Source: Candidatus Hydrogenedentota bacterium (GTDB lineage: Bacteria > Hydrogenedentota > Hydrogenedentia > Hydrogenedentales > SLHB01). From it: DNA of 64,000 nt. Shown piece after piece: positions 1 through 10,539 of the stretch. The notes beneath the pieces were generated by a model, which worked only from the letters and a program-made list of their open reading frames with translations, did no database searches and had not been told where the DNA came from. The DNA lies in NCBI GenBank assembly GCA_045863335.1, contig BTVY01000003.1, forward strand, positions 140,020 through 204,019, given 5' to 3'. Positions within the stretch are counted from its first letter, which is position 1; every line of letters begins with the position of its first letter. The position numbers and the translations under genes are program-made.

Positions 1-945
1 GTGTTCGATGGTGTCATTGGGCGTGTGCCACAGATTGCTATGGTCAAGACGGGAGCCCCCGTACTCAAAGTCGATGAGGTTGATGGCCGCGATACCCGCC
101 AGCCGGAACGGCATGTGATCGTCCTGAATGACCGAGGACTGGGCCAGAAAGTGGCCGGAGTACCCGAGCCCGGCCGCGGTCGACCAGATAAGGTTGCTCA
201 GCCAGGCCGGCGCGCCAGAATCCCGAATAATGCCCAGGTACTTGTCGCCGATCATGTCCACGTTAATCATGGCTTCGACGGAATTGAGCTTCCCTTGCGT
301 TCTCAAATCGCGGACGAACTGCCGGCTCCCGTACAGGCTGTCGGACTCCGTCCACTCCTGAAACGCCTCTTCGCCATCGAACCACACCAGCCAGACACTG
401 CGCCCCTCGCGGCGGGGACCCAACGCGCGCGCCATTTCGATCATCCAGGCCGTCGTGGAACCGCCGTCGTTCGCGCCGACGAACCGGAATTCGGGAAAAT
501 ACTTGGTGTCGTAATGGTTCCCGAGAATGATGATGCCGTCCTCGGTGCCTTCCACGTATCCCACCACATTGACCATTTTCTTGGGACCGAGCGGTGTTTT
601 CGCGTCAAAGGGATATTCTTTGGACGGCACGCCGCAGGCTTCCAGTTCCGCGTGGATGAGCGCGCGCAATTGCGCGGCCTCGGGAGAACCGGGTGGACGC
701 GGTCCCAGCGCGCAGATGCGCTCCAGATCGGCAAAGGCTCGCTGCCCATCAAAAGACGACCGCGCCCGTACCGCGTTCGGGACTTGCGAATCGTCCCGAA
801 CCGCAAGTTGCCGCATCCCCGCATTGAACAGCAACAGCAGCGCGAATACACCAACTCCACCAGCCACGATGACCTTGAGCGCGGTCTTTCCCTGGTTTGC
901 TCGCTGCCGTTTGATTGGTGCGTTTGCTCTCTTCGCTTCTTTCAT
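1..945 (-). CDS. M28 family zinc peptidase / glutaminyl-peptide cyclotransferase-like, membrane-anchored; 3' end outside the window
   Basis: Not in the ORF track. Hand translation from ATG 945: MKEAKRANAP...TM...GNHYDTK...GANDGGS...FDGEEA...DMIGD...DDHMPF...WHTPNDT, the M28/QC zinc-ligand motifs. Confidence 0.85.
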   Translation of the reverse strand, partial: MKEAKRANAPIKRQRANQGKTALKVIVAGGVGVFALLLLFNAGMRQLAVRDDSQVPNAVRARSSFDGQRAFADLERICALGPRPPGSPEAAQLRALIHAELEACGVPSKEYPFDAKTPLGPKKMVNVVGYVEGTEDGIIILGNHYDTKYFPEFRFVGANDGGSTTAWMIEMARALGPRREGRSVWLVWFDGEEAFQEWTESDSLYGSRQFVRDLRTQGKLNSVEAMINVDMIGDKYLGIIRDSGAPAWLSNLIWSTAAGLGYSGHFLAQSSVIQDDHMPFRLAGIAAINLIDFEYGGSRLDHSNLWHTPNDTIEH

Positions 946-993
946 GCCGGCATTATGCGCGTCTGAGACTGCAAGGACAACTGTCTGACCGGG

Positions 994-1719
994 TTAGCCA
1001 GGGATACTCGACGCGAGTGAACAGTGCCGGATAAACGCGAGAAGAAGCCAGTTCGGTTGCGAGGGATCGCGTTCCGGATGCCATTGCACTCCAATGACGA
1101 ATTCGCGATCGGTACGCTCCATGGCTTCGATGATTCCGTCGTCGCTTACGGCTGCAAGCCGGAATCCAGAGGGTACTTCACGAATAGCTTGATGGTGCGA
1201 AGACGTGATCGTGATGCGTTCCGATGGCGCCAACGCCGCCAGCCTGGTCTCCCGCTGGATTGCCACCTCGTGGCGAAGCATTCGGGACTCGTCTCCGTGG
1301 GTCCCGCTCCCCGGCCGTTGATCGGGAATGTCCTGAATCATGCCGCCCCCGGCGACGACATTCATGACTTGCATCCCCAGACAGATCCCCAGAATCGGCT
1401 TCTCAAGGGCCATGGCCCCTTCGAGCCAACGCGTCTCGCTTTCCCACCGCTCCATGGGGAGTGGGACCGACGCCGGATGCTGGGGTTCCCCGAGAAGGTG
1501 CGCGGGAATATCGTCATTGCCTCCGGAAAGGATGATCCCGTCCAGGCGATCGAGTATCGGCTCCACGATGCCGGGCTCCGCGGTCGGAAGAATAATGGGC
1601 AGACCCCCTGCATGGATAACGCCGGTGCAATAACTGGAGAGAAGATGGTTTGCGTTCCACGGAACCCCCTGCAGTACGCCGGGCAGAAATTCGCTGGTGA
1701 CTCCGATAAGTGGTTTCAT
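994..1719 (-). CDS. Gamma-glutamyl-gamma-aminobutyrate hydrolase family (peptidase C26, class I glutamine amidotransferase)
   Basis: MKPLIGVT, LDGIILSGG, PILGICLGMQ (Cys nucleophile), GVQWHPE. Start moved to ATG 1719, which follows GAGG. Confidence 0.9.
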   Translation of the reverse strand: MKPLIGVTSEFLPGVLQGVPWNANHLLSSYCTGVIHAGGLPIILPTAEPGIVEPILDRLDGIILSGGNDDIPAHLLGEPQHPASVPLPMERWESETRWLEGAMALEKPILGICLGMQVMNVVAGGGMIQDIPDQRPGSGTHGDESRMLRHEVAIQRETRLAALAPSERITITSSHHQAIREVPSGFRLAAVSDDGIIEAMERTDREFVIGVQWHPERDPSQPNWLLLAFIRHCSLASSIPG

Positions 1720-2110
1720 TTCAGAGGTATCTCCTGGGGGTAACATCCAATTCAAGGGTATCGATACTGAGTGATCGCTGGCCTGCTCAAATCGTCGGCG
1801 CGTCTTGTTAAGCTATTCATAATAAAGTGCTTACATTGGAAACGCATCCCCGCATCGCATCGGCCTGGGCTGAAGTCGCCGGGAGTATACCACGAGGGAG
1901 GATGAAGAACCTCACCCCCGGAGAGGATTCAGAAAGAATTTGTATACAGTTGCGAAACCTGCGGCGGGGCGGAGCAGTCTAAATCCGTGAATTGAAGTAC
2001 GTCACGTCGGCGCGCACTACTTTAGTAGATCGAAGAAATTTTCGTAATCGCTACAGTCCGGATCGCATGGCGTGAATTGTAAGTAGCTTGTTTACAGCGT
2101 TTTGGAGGCT

Positions 2111-3340
2111 ATGATGCAAAGGGTCATTCTTGGGTCGGTTCTCGTGCTCCTCGTCACAGTCCTGACGGGTTGTCCGGATTCGGAGAAGAAGGAAGCCAGT
2201 GCGGCGGCGACCCCACCGGCCGCCGAGAAGCGCACGTCCATTCCGGTTGAGGCCCAGCTGCCCACCCGTGGTCCCGTTTCGGAGTACTTCGAGACCGATT
2301 CCCGCGTCGAGGCGGAACGCAAGGTGACCGCCACCTCCGAAGGCATGGGGAAATGTGTTCGCGTCTTTGTGGACGAGGGCGATCGGGTCAGTTCCGGTGA
2401 CGTGCTTGCGGAGTTGGACAAGGAAGAGTTGAATGCCCAACTTCGGTCTGCCAACGCCCAGCTGCAGAAACTGAAAAGCGACTACGATCGCTCGAAGCAG
2501 CTCTACGAAGAGGGCTTGGCGGCCAAGGCCGAGTACGATAACGCCCGGTACAGCTACGAGCAGCAGCTTGCCTCGGTCAACCAGCAACAAGTCCAACTGG
2601 ATAACATGACGATCCGCGCTCCCATCAGCGGCGTCGTCACGATCCGGCACATCCAGCAGGGTGATTTGGTGTCTTCCGGCGCGCCTGCCTTCGATATCGT
2701 GGACACCAATTCCTACATCCTCACCATCAATCCCCCGGAGCAGTTGCTTCCGCGCGTCGAGAAAGGGCAGAAGGCCCTCGTTAGTATCGACGCCGTAAAA
2801 GGAGATCCTTTTGAAGCCACCGTTCGCCGGATCAACCCGGCGGTCGATCCTGCCACGGGGACAGTGAAAGTGACGCTCGATTTTCGCAAGGACATTATGA
2901 GTCAGCTTCGCGAGGCTGCTTTTGCGCGTGTCCGCTTGGTCATGGATACGCGGGAGAATGCGCTGCTGGTTCCGAAAGACGCGGTCATCGAGGAAAACGC
3001 GCGCAAATATCTCTTCATTGTTGGACCCGAAGAGCAGGTGTCTCCGGAAGGGACCGAGGCATCCGATGCCGCTGCAGATACGATGATTGCAACCCGCGTC
3101 GAAGTGAAAACTGGACTCGAAGACAACGCGAAGATTGAGATCCTTGAGGGAATCGACGAGAACTCCCCGATTGTCACGGTGGGTCAGCAGACCTTGAAGT
3201 CCGGTTCGGAAGTGAAATTGACCACGACCCAGGAAGAACTGCTGGCGAAGGCGGGCCTGAGTGCGGAAGAGGCCCTGGCCGCGGCAGAAGCGGAACGTGC
3301 GCGCGGCGCGAAGAACGTCGATCGTCGAACCGGCTTGTAG
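2111..3340 (+). CDS. RND efflux periplasmic adaptor (MFP), lipoprotein
   Basis: GGAGG RBS, lipobox VLTGC, VDEGDRV..GDVLAELD, IRAPISGVV, INPAVDPATGT. Confidence 0.93.
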   Translation: MMQRVILGSVLVLLVTVLTGCPDSEKKEASAAATPPAAEKRTSIPVEAQLPTRGPVSEYFETDSRVEAERKVTATSEGMGKCVRVFVDEGDRVSSGDVLAELDKEELNAQLRSANAQLQKLKSDYDRSKQLYEEGLAAKAEYDNARYSYEQQLASVNQQQVQLDNMTIRAPISGVVTIRHIQQGDLVSSGAPAFDIVDTNSYILTINPPEQLLPRVEKGQKALVSIDAVKGDPFEATVRRINPAVDPATGTVKVTLDFRKDIMSQLREAAFARVRLVMDTRENALLVPKDAVIEENARKYLFIVGPEEQVSPEGTEASDAAADTMIATRVEVKTGLEDNAKIEILEGIDENSPIVTVGQQTLKSGSEVKLTTTQEELLAKAGLSAEEALAAAEAERARGAKNVDRRTGL

Positions 3341-3404
3341 TACGAGGACGCGGCGTGCGGCGTCATGGATGATGTGGTGTTGACCTACTGCGGATTGAAT
3401 TTCT

Positions 3405-6400
3405 ATGTCTGATCCCCTTTCTGAACCTTCCGAGAAACACTTTAGTTTGCCTGTCCGGCGGCCCGTCACGATGGCGATGCTGTTTCTCACCATCGTCGTG
3501 TTCGGGTGGAAGTCCTACCAGGAACTTCCCATCAATCTGATGCCGGACATTTCCTATCCCACGCTTACGGTGCGCACCGAATACGAAGGCGCCGCCCCGG
3601 AAGACGTGGAGAAACTCGTCACGCGCCCGCTTGAAGAACAACTGAGCATCGTGAGCGGGCTCGTCGAACTCACCAGCACCTCCTCAGCGGGACTTTCCGA
3701 AATCGTGATGGAGTTCACGTGGGGCACGGACATGAATCTGGCCCAGCAGGATGTTCGCGACCGGCTCGACCTCTTCGATCCCCCCCGTGAGGTGACGGAA
3801 AAACCCGTAATCCTCCGCTACGACCCAACCTTAGACCCGGTAATGCGCGTTGCCGTCACTGGCGAGGACCTGTCCCATATTGCGGATCCCGCGGAACGGG
3901 AAGCCCGCAGCCGCGAACAGCTCACGGCCATTCGCGAGGCCGCCGAACGCTACGTGAAGAGCGACCTTGAAGCCGAAATCGGAATCGCCCAGGTGCTCGT
4001 GAAAGGCGGCCGGGAAATCGAAGTCGAGGTCATGGTCGACGCCGCCATCGTGAAGAATATCGGCCTCTCAGTCGAAGGCGTCGTCCAGGCCCTCGCGCAA
4101 CAGAATATTAATCTCTCGGGCGGTATTCTGCGGGAAGGCAAGACTGAATACCTCGTTCGTACCAAGAACGAGTGGCAGGACGTGAACGAAATCCCGGACT
4201 CCGTAATTGGCAGCACCAGCACCGGCCAGCCCGTCCGGTTGTCCGATGTCGCGACCGTGCGTATTGGAGAAAAGGACCGCGAATCCATCGTCCGCATCAA
4301 CGGCAGTGAAGCCGTCGAACTGGACATCTTCAAATGGGGCGACGCCAATACGGTGCGCACCTGCAACACGGTGAAGGATCTCCTCGGCTTCGCGCGCGAG
4401 AAGAATAGCCTGGAACGTTTGCGCGACTACATGAACGAGGCATCCCAGCCGCCGCCCGACGCGGACCTGCCATCGGTCATCGTCATGCAGCAACTCGCGA
4501 AGGAAATGGAAAAGTCGCGTACCCTGCGCAACAAGCTTCCGGACTACGCCCAATTCCACATCGTGAGCGACCAGTCGCGGTTCATTTCGTCGGCAATTAA
4601 AGAGGTCCAGTCGGCGGCGGTGAACGGCGGGTTCCTCGCGATTATCGTGCTCTACTTCTTCCTGCGGAAGTTGAAGCCTACGATCATTATGGGGGTCGCG
4701 ATTCCCATCTCGATCGTCGCTACCTTCATCCCGATGTTCATGCAGGATCTCACACTCAACATCATGTCTCTTGGCGGACTCGCCATGGGTGTTGGCATGT
4801 TGGTGGACAACTCCATCGTCGTTATGGAGAGCATCTCGCGATGCATGGAAGAAGGGGACGATACCTCGGCCTCGGCCAATCGCGGCCGGCAGGAGGTCTT
4901 TGGCGCGCTCATCGCCTCGACACTGACGTCAATTGCCGTTTTCATGCCCCTCGCCTTTGTGCAAGGCGTGGCGGGCCAACTCTTTCGCGACCACGCGCTC
5001 ACAGTAACGTACTCGCTGCTTGCCTCGTTGCTCGTGGCGCTGTATCTCGTGCCTATGATCGCGTCCCGCACGAAGCTCGCCCTCATCGCTTCAGGCGACG
5101 TGGTATGGATCCTGAAAGCTTATCACCAGTCACGCCAGGAAGACGGGAAAGGCCGGCTCGCGTCAGCCCTGGCGATCCCCCTCAACGCGGCGCTGGCTTC
5201 CGCACAATGGCTGATCGATCAGGCAACCGTGAACTACGGCCCGGCCCTTGCCCGGTTGCGCTCCGCCCTATCCGGCGGCGAAGGACCAGCGTTGCTCGGA
5301 CCCCTGCGTAGAGTCTGGAATCTCGTCATTGGCGCGGTCCTGATCGTCCTCGTCACCTTGTTGTTCAGTATTCAATGCGCGCTGCAAGTATTCCTGCAGT
5401 TTCTTATCACGCTGCTGTTTTTTGTCAGCATCTTGTTCGGCGCGCTCTTCGGGCTCGTGGCTGGACTATTGCACGTCATCCTCTGGATTCCCTTGTATCT
5501 CTTCGACCTCCTGTTTGAAACCTTTCGGAGTAGCTACGCCGTGTGGCTCCGGTACGCCCTGCGGTGGAGCCCGGCAATTCTCCTTCTGGTCGCGTTACTC
5601 GCCGTCCACAGCGCGACCCTGGTGCCCACACTCGGCAGGGAGTTGATCCCGGCCATGAATCAAGGGGAATTCGGCGTTCGCCTCGAAGAGCCGCCCGGAA
5701 CCCGGCTGGAAGAAACCGAACGCCGCTCTCTGGATATCGAACGCCTGGCGCTCGCCATGCCCGAAATAGGCAATGTTGCCGTCGAAATTGGCCAGGAGTC
5801 GGAGAAAGCGAACTCCGAACGCGGCGAGAACGTCGCAGAGTTTTCAATTTCCCTCAAGAATCCGAAGGAAGACGTCATCCATCAAGACGCAATCATGAAC
5901 CGGTTGCGCGACGCCATCGCCGGCGTTAGCAGCGGCGAGGTTACGTTCTCGCTGCCGAGTCTCTTCAGTTTCAAAACGGCAATTGAACTGCAGATCCGCG
6001 GTGACCAGTACGACGAGTTGGAACGAATCGGAAAGCGCGTCGTGGACGCCATCGACTCCGTGCCCGGTGTGAAAGACCCCGAACTGAACATGAAGGAAGG
6101 GTCTCCGGAGATCATCATCGAACTGGATCGCGATCTGCTGGCCGCCAAAGGCATCGCGCCGGAAACGGTGGCGCAGCGCCTGCGCACTGAGGTCCAGGGC
6201 GATCTCCCCACCGAACTCAACCGGCAAGGCGAAAAAGTCGACATCCGCGTTCGCACCGATCGAAAGATGCTTAGCAGCGTCGACGACTTGCGGCGCCTTT
6301 CCGTCACGGACGGGTATCCGCCCATTCCTTTGGATTCGGTCGCTCGCATCAGCGTCCAGGAAGGTCCTAACGAAATCCGTCGAATTGACCAACGGCAAGT

Positions 6401-7040
6401 GGCGCTTGTAACCGCAAACGTTACCGGCCGCGACCTTGGTGCAGTCATGGACGATGTGCTCGTGGCAGTCTCGGATGTTGACGTGCCGCGCGGATACGAG
6501 ATTAGCCCGAGCGGCCAGGATCGGGAATTGCGCACGGCCTATTCAAGCCTGCAGTTCGCGCTCATCCTCGCCATTTTCCTCGTATACGTGGTGATGGCCT
6601 GTCAGTTTGAATCGATCTTACACCCCGCGCTCGTCATGACAACCGTGCCGCTTGCGACCATCGGCGTGATCTACACCCTGGCCGCCATGGAAGTCAGCAT
6701 CAGTATTCTCGTGTACATCGGCGTTATCGTGCTCGCCGGTATCGTCGTGAATAACGCCATCGTACTGGTCGATTACATCAATCAACTCATCGATCGCGGC
6801 ATGACCAAGACGGATGCAGTCGTGGAAGCGGGTCGCGTCCGGCTTCGTCCGATTTTGATGACGACGCTCACGACCATTCTCGGCCTTTGGCCCATGGCCG
6901 TCGCCACGGGGGAAGGCGACGAAATTCGCCGTCCCATGGCGCTTACGATCATGGCGGGTCTGGCTTCGTCTACGCTGCTCACCCTCGTCGTGATCCCGAT
7001 GGTCTACCACCTCTTCGGCGGGCGGGACAAGAAAGCATGA
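3405..7040 (+). CDS. RND efflux permease subunit 1 (AcrB/MdtB-like)
   Basis: RRPVT, GMLVDNSIVV, GIVVNNAIVLVD, RLRPILMT. Confidence 0.95.
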   Translation: MSDPLSEPSEKHFSLPVRRPVTMAMLFLTIVVFGWKSYQELPINLMPDISYPTLTVRTEYEGAAPEDVEKLVTRPLEEQLSIVSGLVELTSTSSAGLSEIVMEFTWGTDMNLAQQDVRDRLDLFDPPREVTEKPVILRYDPTLDPVMRVAVTGEDLSHIADPAEREARSREQLTAIREAAERYVKSDLEAEIGIAQVLVKGGREIEVEVMVDAAIVKNIGLSVEGVVQALAQQNINLSGGILREGKTEYLVRTKNEWQDVNEIPDSVIGSTSTGQPVRLSDVATVRIGEKDRESIVRINGSEAVELDIFKWGDANTVRTCNTVKDLLGFAREKNSLERLRDYMNEASQPPPDADLPSVIVMQQLAKEMEKSRTLRNKLPDYAQFHIVSDQSRFISSAIKEVQSAAVNGGFLAIIVLYFFLRKLKPTIIMGVAIPISIVATFIPMFMQDLTLNIMSLGGLAMGVGMLVDNSIVVMESISRCMEEGDDTSASANRGRQEVFGALIASTLTSIAVFMPLAFVQGVAGQLFRDHALTVTYSLLASLLVALYLVPMIASRTKLALIASGDVVWILKAYHQSRQEDGKGRLASALAIPLNAALASAQWLIDQATVNYGPALARLRSALSGGEGPALLGPLRRVWNLVIGAVLIVLVTLLFSIQCALQVFLQFLITLLFFVSILFGALFGLVAGLLHVILWIPLYLFDLLFETFRSSYAVWLRYALRWSPAILLLVALLAVHSATLVPTLGRELIPAMNQGEFGVRLEEPPGTRLEETERRSLDIERLALAMPEIGNVAVEIGQESEKANSERGENVAEFSISLKNPKEDVIHQDAIMNRLRDAIAGVSSGEVTFSLPSLFSFKTAIELQIRGDQYDELERIGKRVVDAIDSVPGVKDPELNMKEGSPEIIIELDRDLLAAKGIAPETVAQRLRTEVQGDLPTELNRQGEKVDIRVRTDRKMLSSVDDLRRLSVTDGYPPIPLDSVARISVQEGPNEIRRIDQRQVALVTANVTGRDLGAVMDDVLVAVSDVDVPRGYEISPSGQDRELRTAYSSLQFALILAIFLVYVVMACQFESILHPALVMTTVPLATIGVIYTLAAMEVSISILVYIGVIVLAGIVVNNAIVLVDYINQLIDRGMTKTDAVVEAGRVRLRPILMTTLTTILGLWPMAVATGEGDEIRRPMALTIMAGLASSTLLTLVVIPMVYHLFGGRDKKA

Positions 7041-10000
7041 AACGGTCCCTCCCCGGTATAGCGCTCAGCCGTCCCATCACGGTGATCATGCTCGTTATCA
7101 CGGTAATCGGATTGGGCATTATTGCGCGCTACCGGATTCCCCTGGAATTCCTGCCGCCTATGGATCTGCCCTTCATCATCTGCCAGATCCCCTATGTGGG
7201 CGCTACACCGGAACAGGTCGAGAAGGAAGTCGCCATTCCCGCCGAAGGCGAGTTCCGCACCGTGTCCAGTCTGAAACGAATCCAGACCACATCGGACATG
7301 AACGGCTGTCTCGTGCGCATGTTCTTTGACATGGGCACGGACATGTCGCTCGCCACAGCGGAAGTGCGGGACCGTATCGAACGGCTCAAGCTAGTCCTCC
7401 CGGACGAGATCGAGCGCGTGGCCCTCAGGAAGTTTAGCGCCAACTCCATGCCGGTCATGGCGCTCGCCCTGTACAGCCCTGAAGACGACGAAGAACTCAC
7501 CTACCGTGTGCGCACCATTCTTCAGCCCCGCATGATGCGCCTCGAAGGCGTCGCGGATGTCAGCGTATTCGGAAAGCCCGAACGGGAAGTCTTGATCGAG
7601 TTTAATCAATCCGAACTCCGCAGCCGCGGGCTGAGCCTCTTCCAGGTCGTGTCGTCGTTGCGCCAGACCAGCATCAATATGACCGTGGGCGACATGGTCG
7701 ACGGCAATATGCGCTACTACGTGCGCGCCATCGATGAGTTCACCACGCCGGAAGACCTCGGCCAGTTGGTAGTCGGTCCCAACTCCCTCCGCCTGCGCGA
7801 CGTGGCCAATGTGGGTTACCGTACGCGCGAAGTGGATTCCGGCTATGCCATCGACGGCCAATCCGGCACCTTCCTGCTGGTGCGCAAGGAATCCGAGGCG
7901 AACGCCATCAACACCTGCGCCGAAGTGCGCGCGGAACTGGCGCGTATGACCGAAGATCCGCTCTTTAAAGACGTTCAGTACTTCATGTTCTTCGATCAGA
8001 GCGAGGTCATTCTCTCCGCGCTCGAGGGCCTCGTCGCGGCGGGCCAATTCGGCGGTGCGCTCGCGGTCGTCGTATTATTCCTGTTCCTCGGCCGCATCCG
8101 GCCAACCCTTATCGTCGCGCTCGCCATTCCCGCATCGGTCGTCGTCGCACTTGTGTTCATGTTTTTCATCGGCATGAGCCTGAACCTCGTCACTATGATC
8201 TCGCTGATCATTGGACTCGGCATGCTCGTGGACAACTCCATCGTCGTGATCGAGAACATCACGCGCCACGTGCAGCTCGGGTACAAGCCGAAGGAAGCCG
8301 CACTGCGCGGCGCCTCGGAAATGGCCATGGCGATCACCGCGTCGACCCTCACCACCTGCGTGGTCTTTATTCCCATCCTTTACATGGGCGTGGGGGAGAT
8401 GTCGACCTACATGCGCGCCTTCGCCGTGCCCATCACCGTATCGTTGGGCGCAAGTTTGGTGATCGCCCTCACCGTGATCCCGCTCGCCGCAAGCCGCATG
8501 AAACCCCGGCATGAGTTGGCCCTCGCGCGCGTATTCAATCGCCCCGCCATGGCCCAAACGCCGGGCAGCGCCGCGGTGACAACCGAAAAGCGCCGTTCGC
8601 GGTTCCCGAAACTCATGCATCCCATTCATTATCTCATCAGCACCTACATCAAATGCCTCGATTGGGTGCTGCGCTGGCGCTTGGCAACCGCCATCGTGGT
8701 TCTCTTTGTGCTGGCGCTCACGTACCTCATACCCTTCAGTCATCTCAAACGCCAGGGCATGCCTACGGTAGACACACGACGGATTTCCATTGAAGTCGTC
8801 TTGGACCAGGGATTCACGTTGGATCAGTCGCGCGCCACTTTCCTCGAAATCGAGGACATTCTCGATGAGCAGCGGGAAGAACTAGGCATCAAGAACGTGT
8901 TCAGCCGCTACGACCCCTCCGGCGGCGAAGTCGATATCTACCTCTACACCGACGAGGATCTCGAGGAATCCGGCGAAGAACTCGCCTACTCCACGGAAGA
9001 CGCCATGGACATCCTCTGGCAGCGTCTCCCGTCCCGCGTGCCCGGCGGCGAACTGCGCTTCTCCATCGCCGAAGCCAGCGAGACGTCGTCCCGATCGTTC
9101 GCGCTGCAGATCCGCGGCGACGACGCACGCACGCTGGCTACCTACGCCGACCGCCTCAAGGTGCTCATGCAGGAGAATATCCCCGAGATTACCGAGGTCA
9201 TCACCGATTCGGAACGGGCCAAACAAGAAGTGCAGCTCGACGTCAACGAGACGCTCGCCGAGTTCTACGGACTCACGCCCCTCGCCATCGCGCAGACTGT
9301 CGATTTCGCCCTCCGCGGCATACAGATCACCAAGCTAAAGCAGGGCGGACGCGAGATCCCCGTCTGGGCCCAGTTCCAGGAAGAAGACCGCAAGTCGCGC
9401 GGCAACCTCGAGAACGTGACCGTCTACGGCGCGAAAGGCGAGCCCGTCCCCATCAACCGCGTCGTGGAGTTCTCCAAGGGACGCAGCCCCCAGGCCATCT
9501 CGCGCGTGAATGGAAAGAACGTGGTGACCGTCACCGCCAAGATCCGCGGCGAGAACCTCGGCGGCGTCCTGGATGAACTCAAGACGATCCTGAACGACTT
9601 CGACATGCCCACCGGATACAGCGTCGAATTCGGCGACGAACTCATGGCCCTCGACGAAAACATGGCCAGCTTCAGCACGGCGCTCTTTCTGGCCGTAATT
9701 CTCATCTACATCGTCATGGGCTCAGTATTTGAGTCCTATCTGCTGCCCTGGTCCATCCTGACCACCTTGCCCCTCGCCGGTGTGGGCGTCGCGTGGTCCC
9801 TCTACATTTTCGACTCCGCCGTCGACACCGTCACCATGATCGGCGTTATCCTCCTCGCCGGCATCGTCGTCAACAACGGCATCGTGCTCATCGACTACAT
9901 CAACCAGATGCGCAAGACCGGCATGGACCGGCACGACGCGATCATCGGATCCGGCCGCGACCGCTTCCGCCCCGTCATGATGACCGCCCTCACCACCATC

Positions 10001-10207
10001 CTCGGCTGCGTGCCCCTCGCCCTCGGCAGCGCCATCGGCGGCGAAGTCTCCTTCGGCGGCCTCGGCCAGGCCCTTATCGGCGGCCTCACCACCGGCACCG
10101 TCCTTACCCTCTTCATCGTCCCCCTCACCTACACCGTCTTCGACGATATCCGCATCTGGTTCCTCGAATTCTTCTCCAACGTCGCCGGCATCTTCCACCG
10201 CGCGTAA
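7037..10207 (+). CDS. RND efflux permease subunit 2 (AcrB/MdtC-like)
   Basis: ATGA overlap with the upstream stop (MKRSLPG). GMLVDNSIVV, GIVVNNGIVLID, RFRPVMMT. Confidence 0.95.
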   Translation: MKRSLPGIALSRPITVIMLVITVIGLGIIARYRIPLEFLPPMDLPFIICQIPYVGATPEQVEKEVAIPAEGEFRTVSSLKRIQTTSDMNGCLVRMFFDMGTDMSLATAEVRDRIERLKLVLPDEIERVALRKFSANSMPVMALALYSPEDDEELTYRVRTILQPRMMRLEGVADVSVFGKPEREVLIEFNQSELRSRGLSLFQVVSSLRQTSINMTVGDMVDGNMRYYVRAIDEFTTPEDLGQLVVGPNSLRLRDVANVGYRTREVDSGYAIDGQSGTFLLVRKESEANAINTCAEVRAELARMTEDPLFKDVQYFMFFDQSEVILSALEGLVAAGQFGGALAVVVLFLFLGRIRPTLIVALAIPASVVVALVFMFFIGMSLNLVTMISLIIGLGMLVDNSIVVIENITRHVQLGYKPKEAALRGASEMAMAITASTLTTCVVFIPILYMGVGEMSTYMRAFAVPITVSLGASLVIALTVIPLAASRMKPRHELALARVFNRPAMAQTPGSAAVTTEKRRSRFPKLMHPIHYLISTYIKCLDWVLRWRLATAIVVLFVLALTYLIPFSHLKRQGMPTVDTRRISIEVVLDQGFTLDQSRATFLEIEDILDEQREELGIKNVFSRYDPSGGEVDIYLYTDEDLEESGEELAYSTEDAMDILWQRLPSRVPGGELRFSIAEASETSSRSFALQIRGDDARTLATYADRLKVLMQENIPEITEVITDSERAKQEVQLDVNETLAEFYGLTPLAIAQTVDFALRGIQITKLKQGGREIPVWAQFQEEDRKSRGNLENVTVYGAKGEPVPINRVVEFSKGRSPQAISRVNGKNVVTVTAKIRGENLGGVLDELKTILNDFDMPTGYSVEFGDELMALDENMASFSTALFLAVILIYIVMGSVFESYLLPWSILTTLPLAGVGVAWSLYIFDSAVDTVTMIGVILLAGIVVNNGIVLIDYINQMRKTGMDRHDAIIGSGRDRFRPVMMTALTTILGCVPLALGSAIGGEVSFGGLGQALIGGLTTGTVLTLFIVPLTYTVFDDIRIWFLEFFSNVAGIFHRA

Positions 10208-10209
10208 TC
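10168..10209 (+). repeat. 42-bp direct repeat, copy 1 (last codons and stop of RND subunit 2)
   Basis: ATTCTTCTCCAACGTCGCCGGCATCTTCCACCGCGCGTAATC, identical to 12451-12492. Confidence 0.97.
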
Positions 10210-10469
10210 AGCACGAACACCGCCCGCACCGCCGTGTTCCCATTCACCACCACATTCACCGGGTTCGCCGTCCCCGACGCCCCGCCTTCCCAATGGTCGA
10301 ACACCGAATTGGTCCCCGCCGCCGCCGTCAACGTAACCGTCGTGCCCTCTGCCACCTCGTAGAACGCGCCCGTCACGCAGCTATCGCTAATCTGATATCC
10401 CGTCACGGGTTGAATCGGCGGCGAGAGCGACACAGTCCCCGTCTCTGCCCCCGGCATGCACGGCGCCAT
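10210..10469 (-). pseudogene. Truncated fragment encoding an InlB B-repeat-like (bacterial repeat) domain
   Basis: GTVSLSPP...EGTTVTLTAAAGTNSVFDHWEGGASGTANPVNVVVNGNTAVRAVF. The frame runs straight into the antisense strand of the RND gene at the repeat junction. Confidence 0.7.
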
Positions 10470-10539
10470 GTCCTTGGATACATCCAGTTCCCGCAGTGGG
10501 TGGAATGCCGCATTGACGGACGTATCGACACGTCTACAT

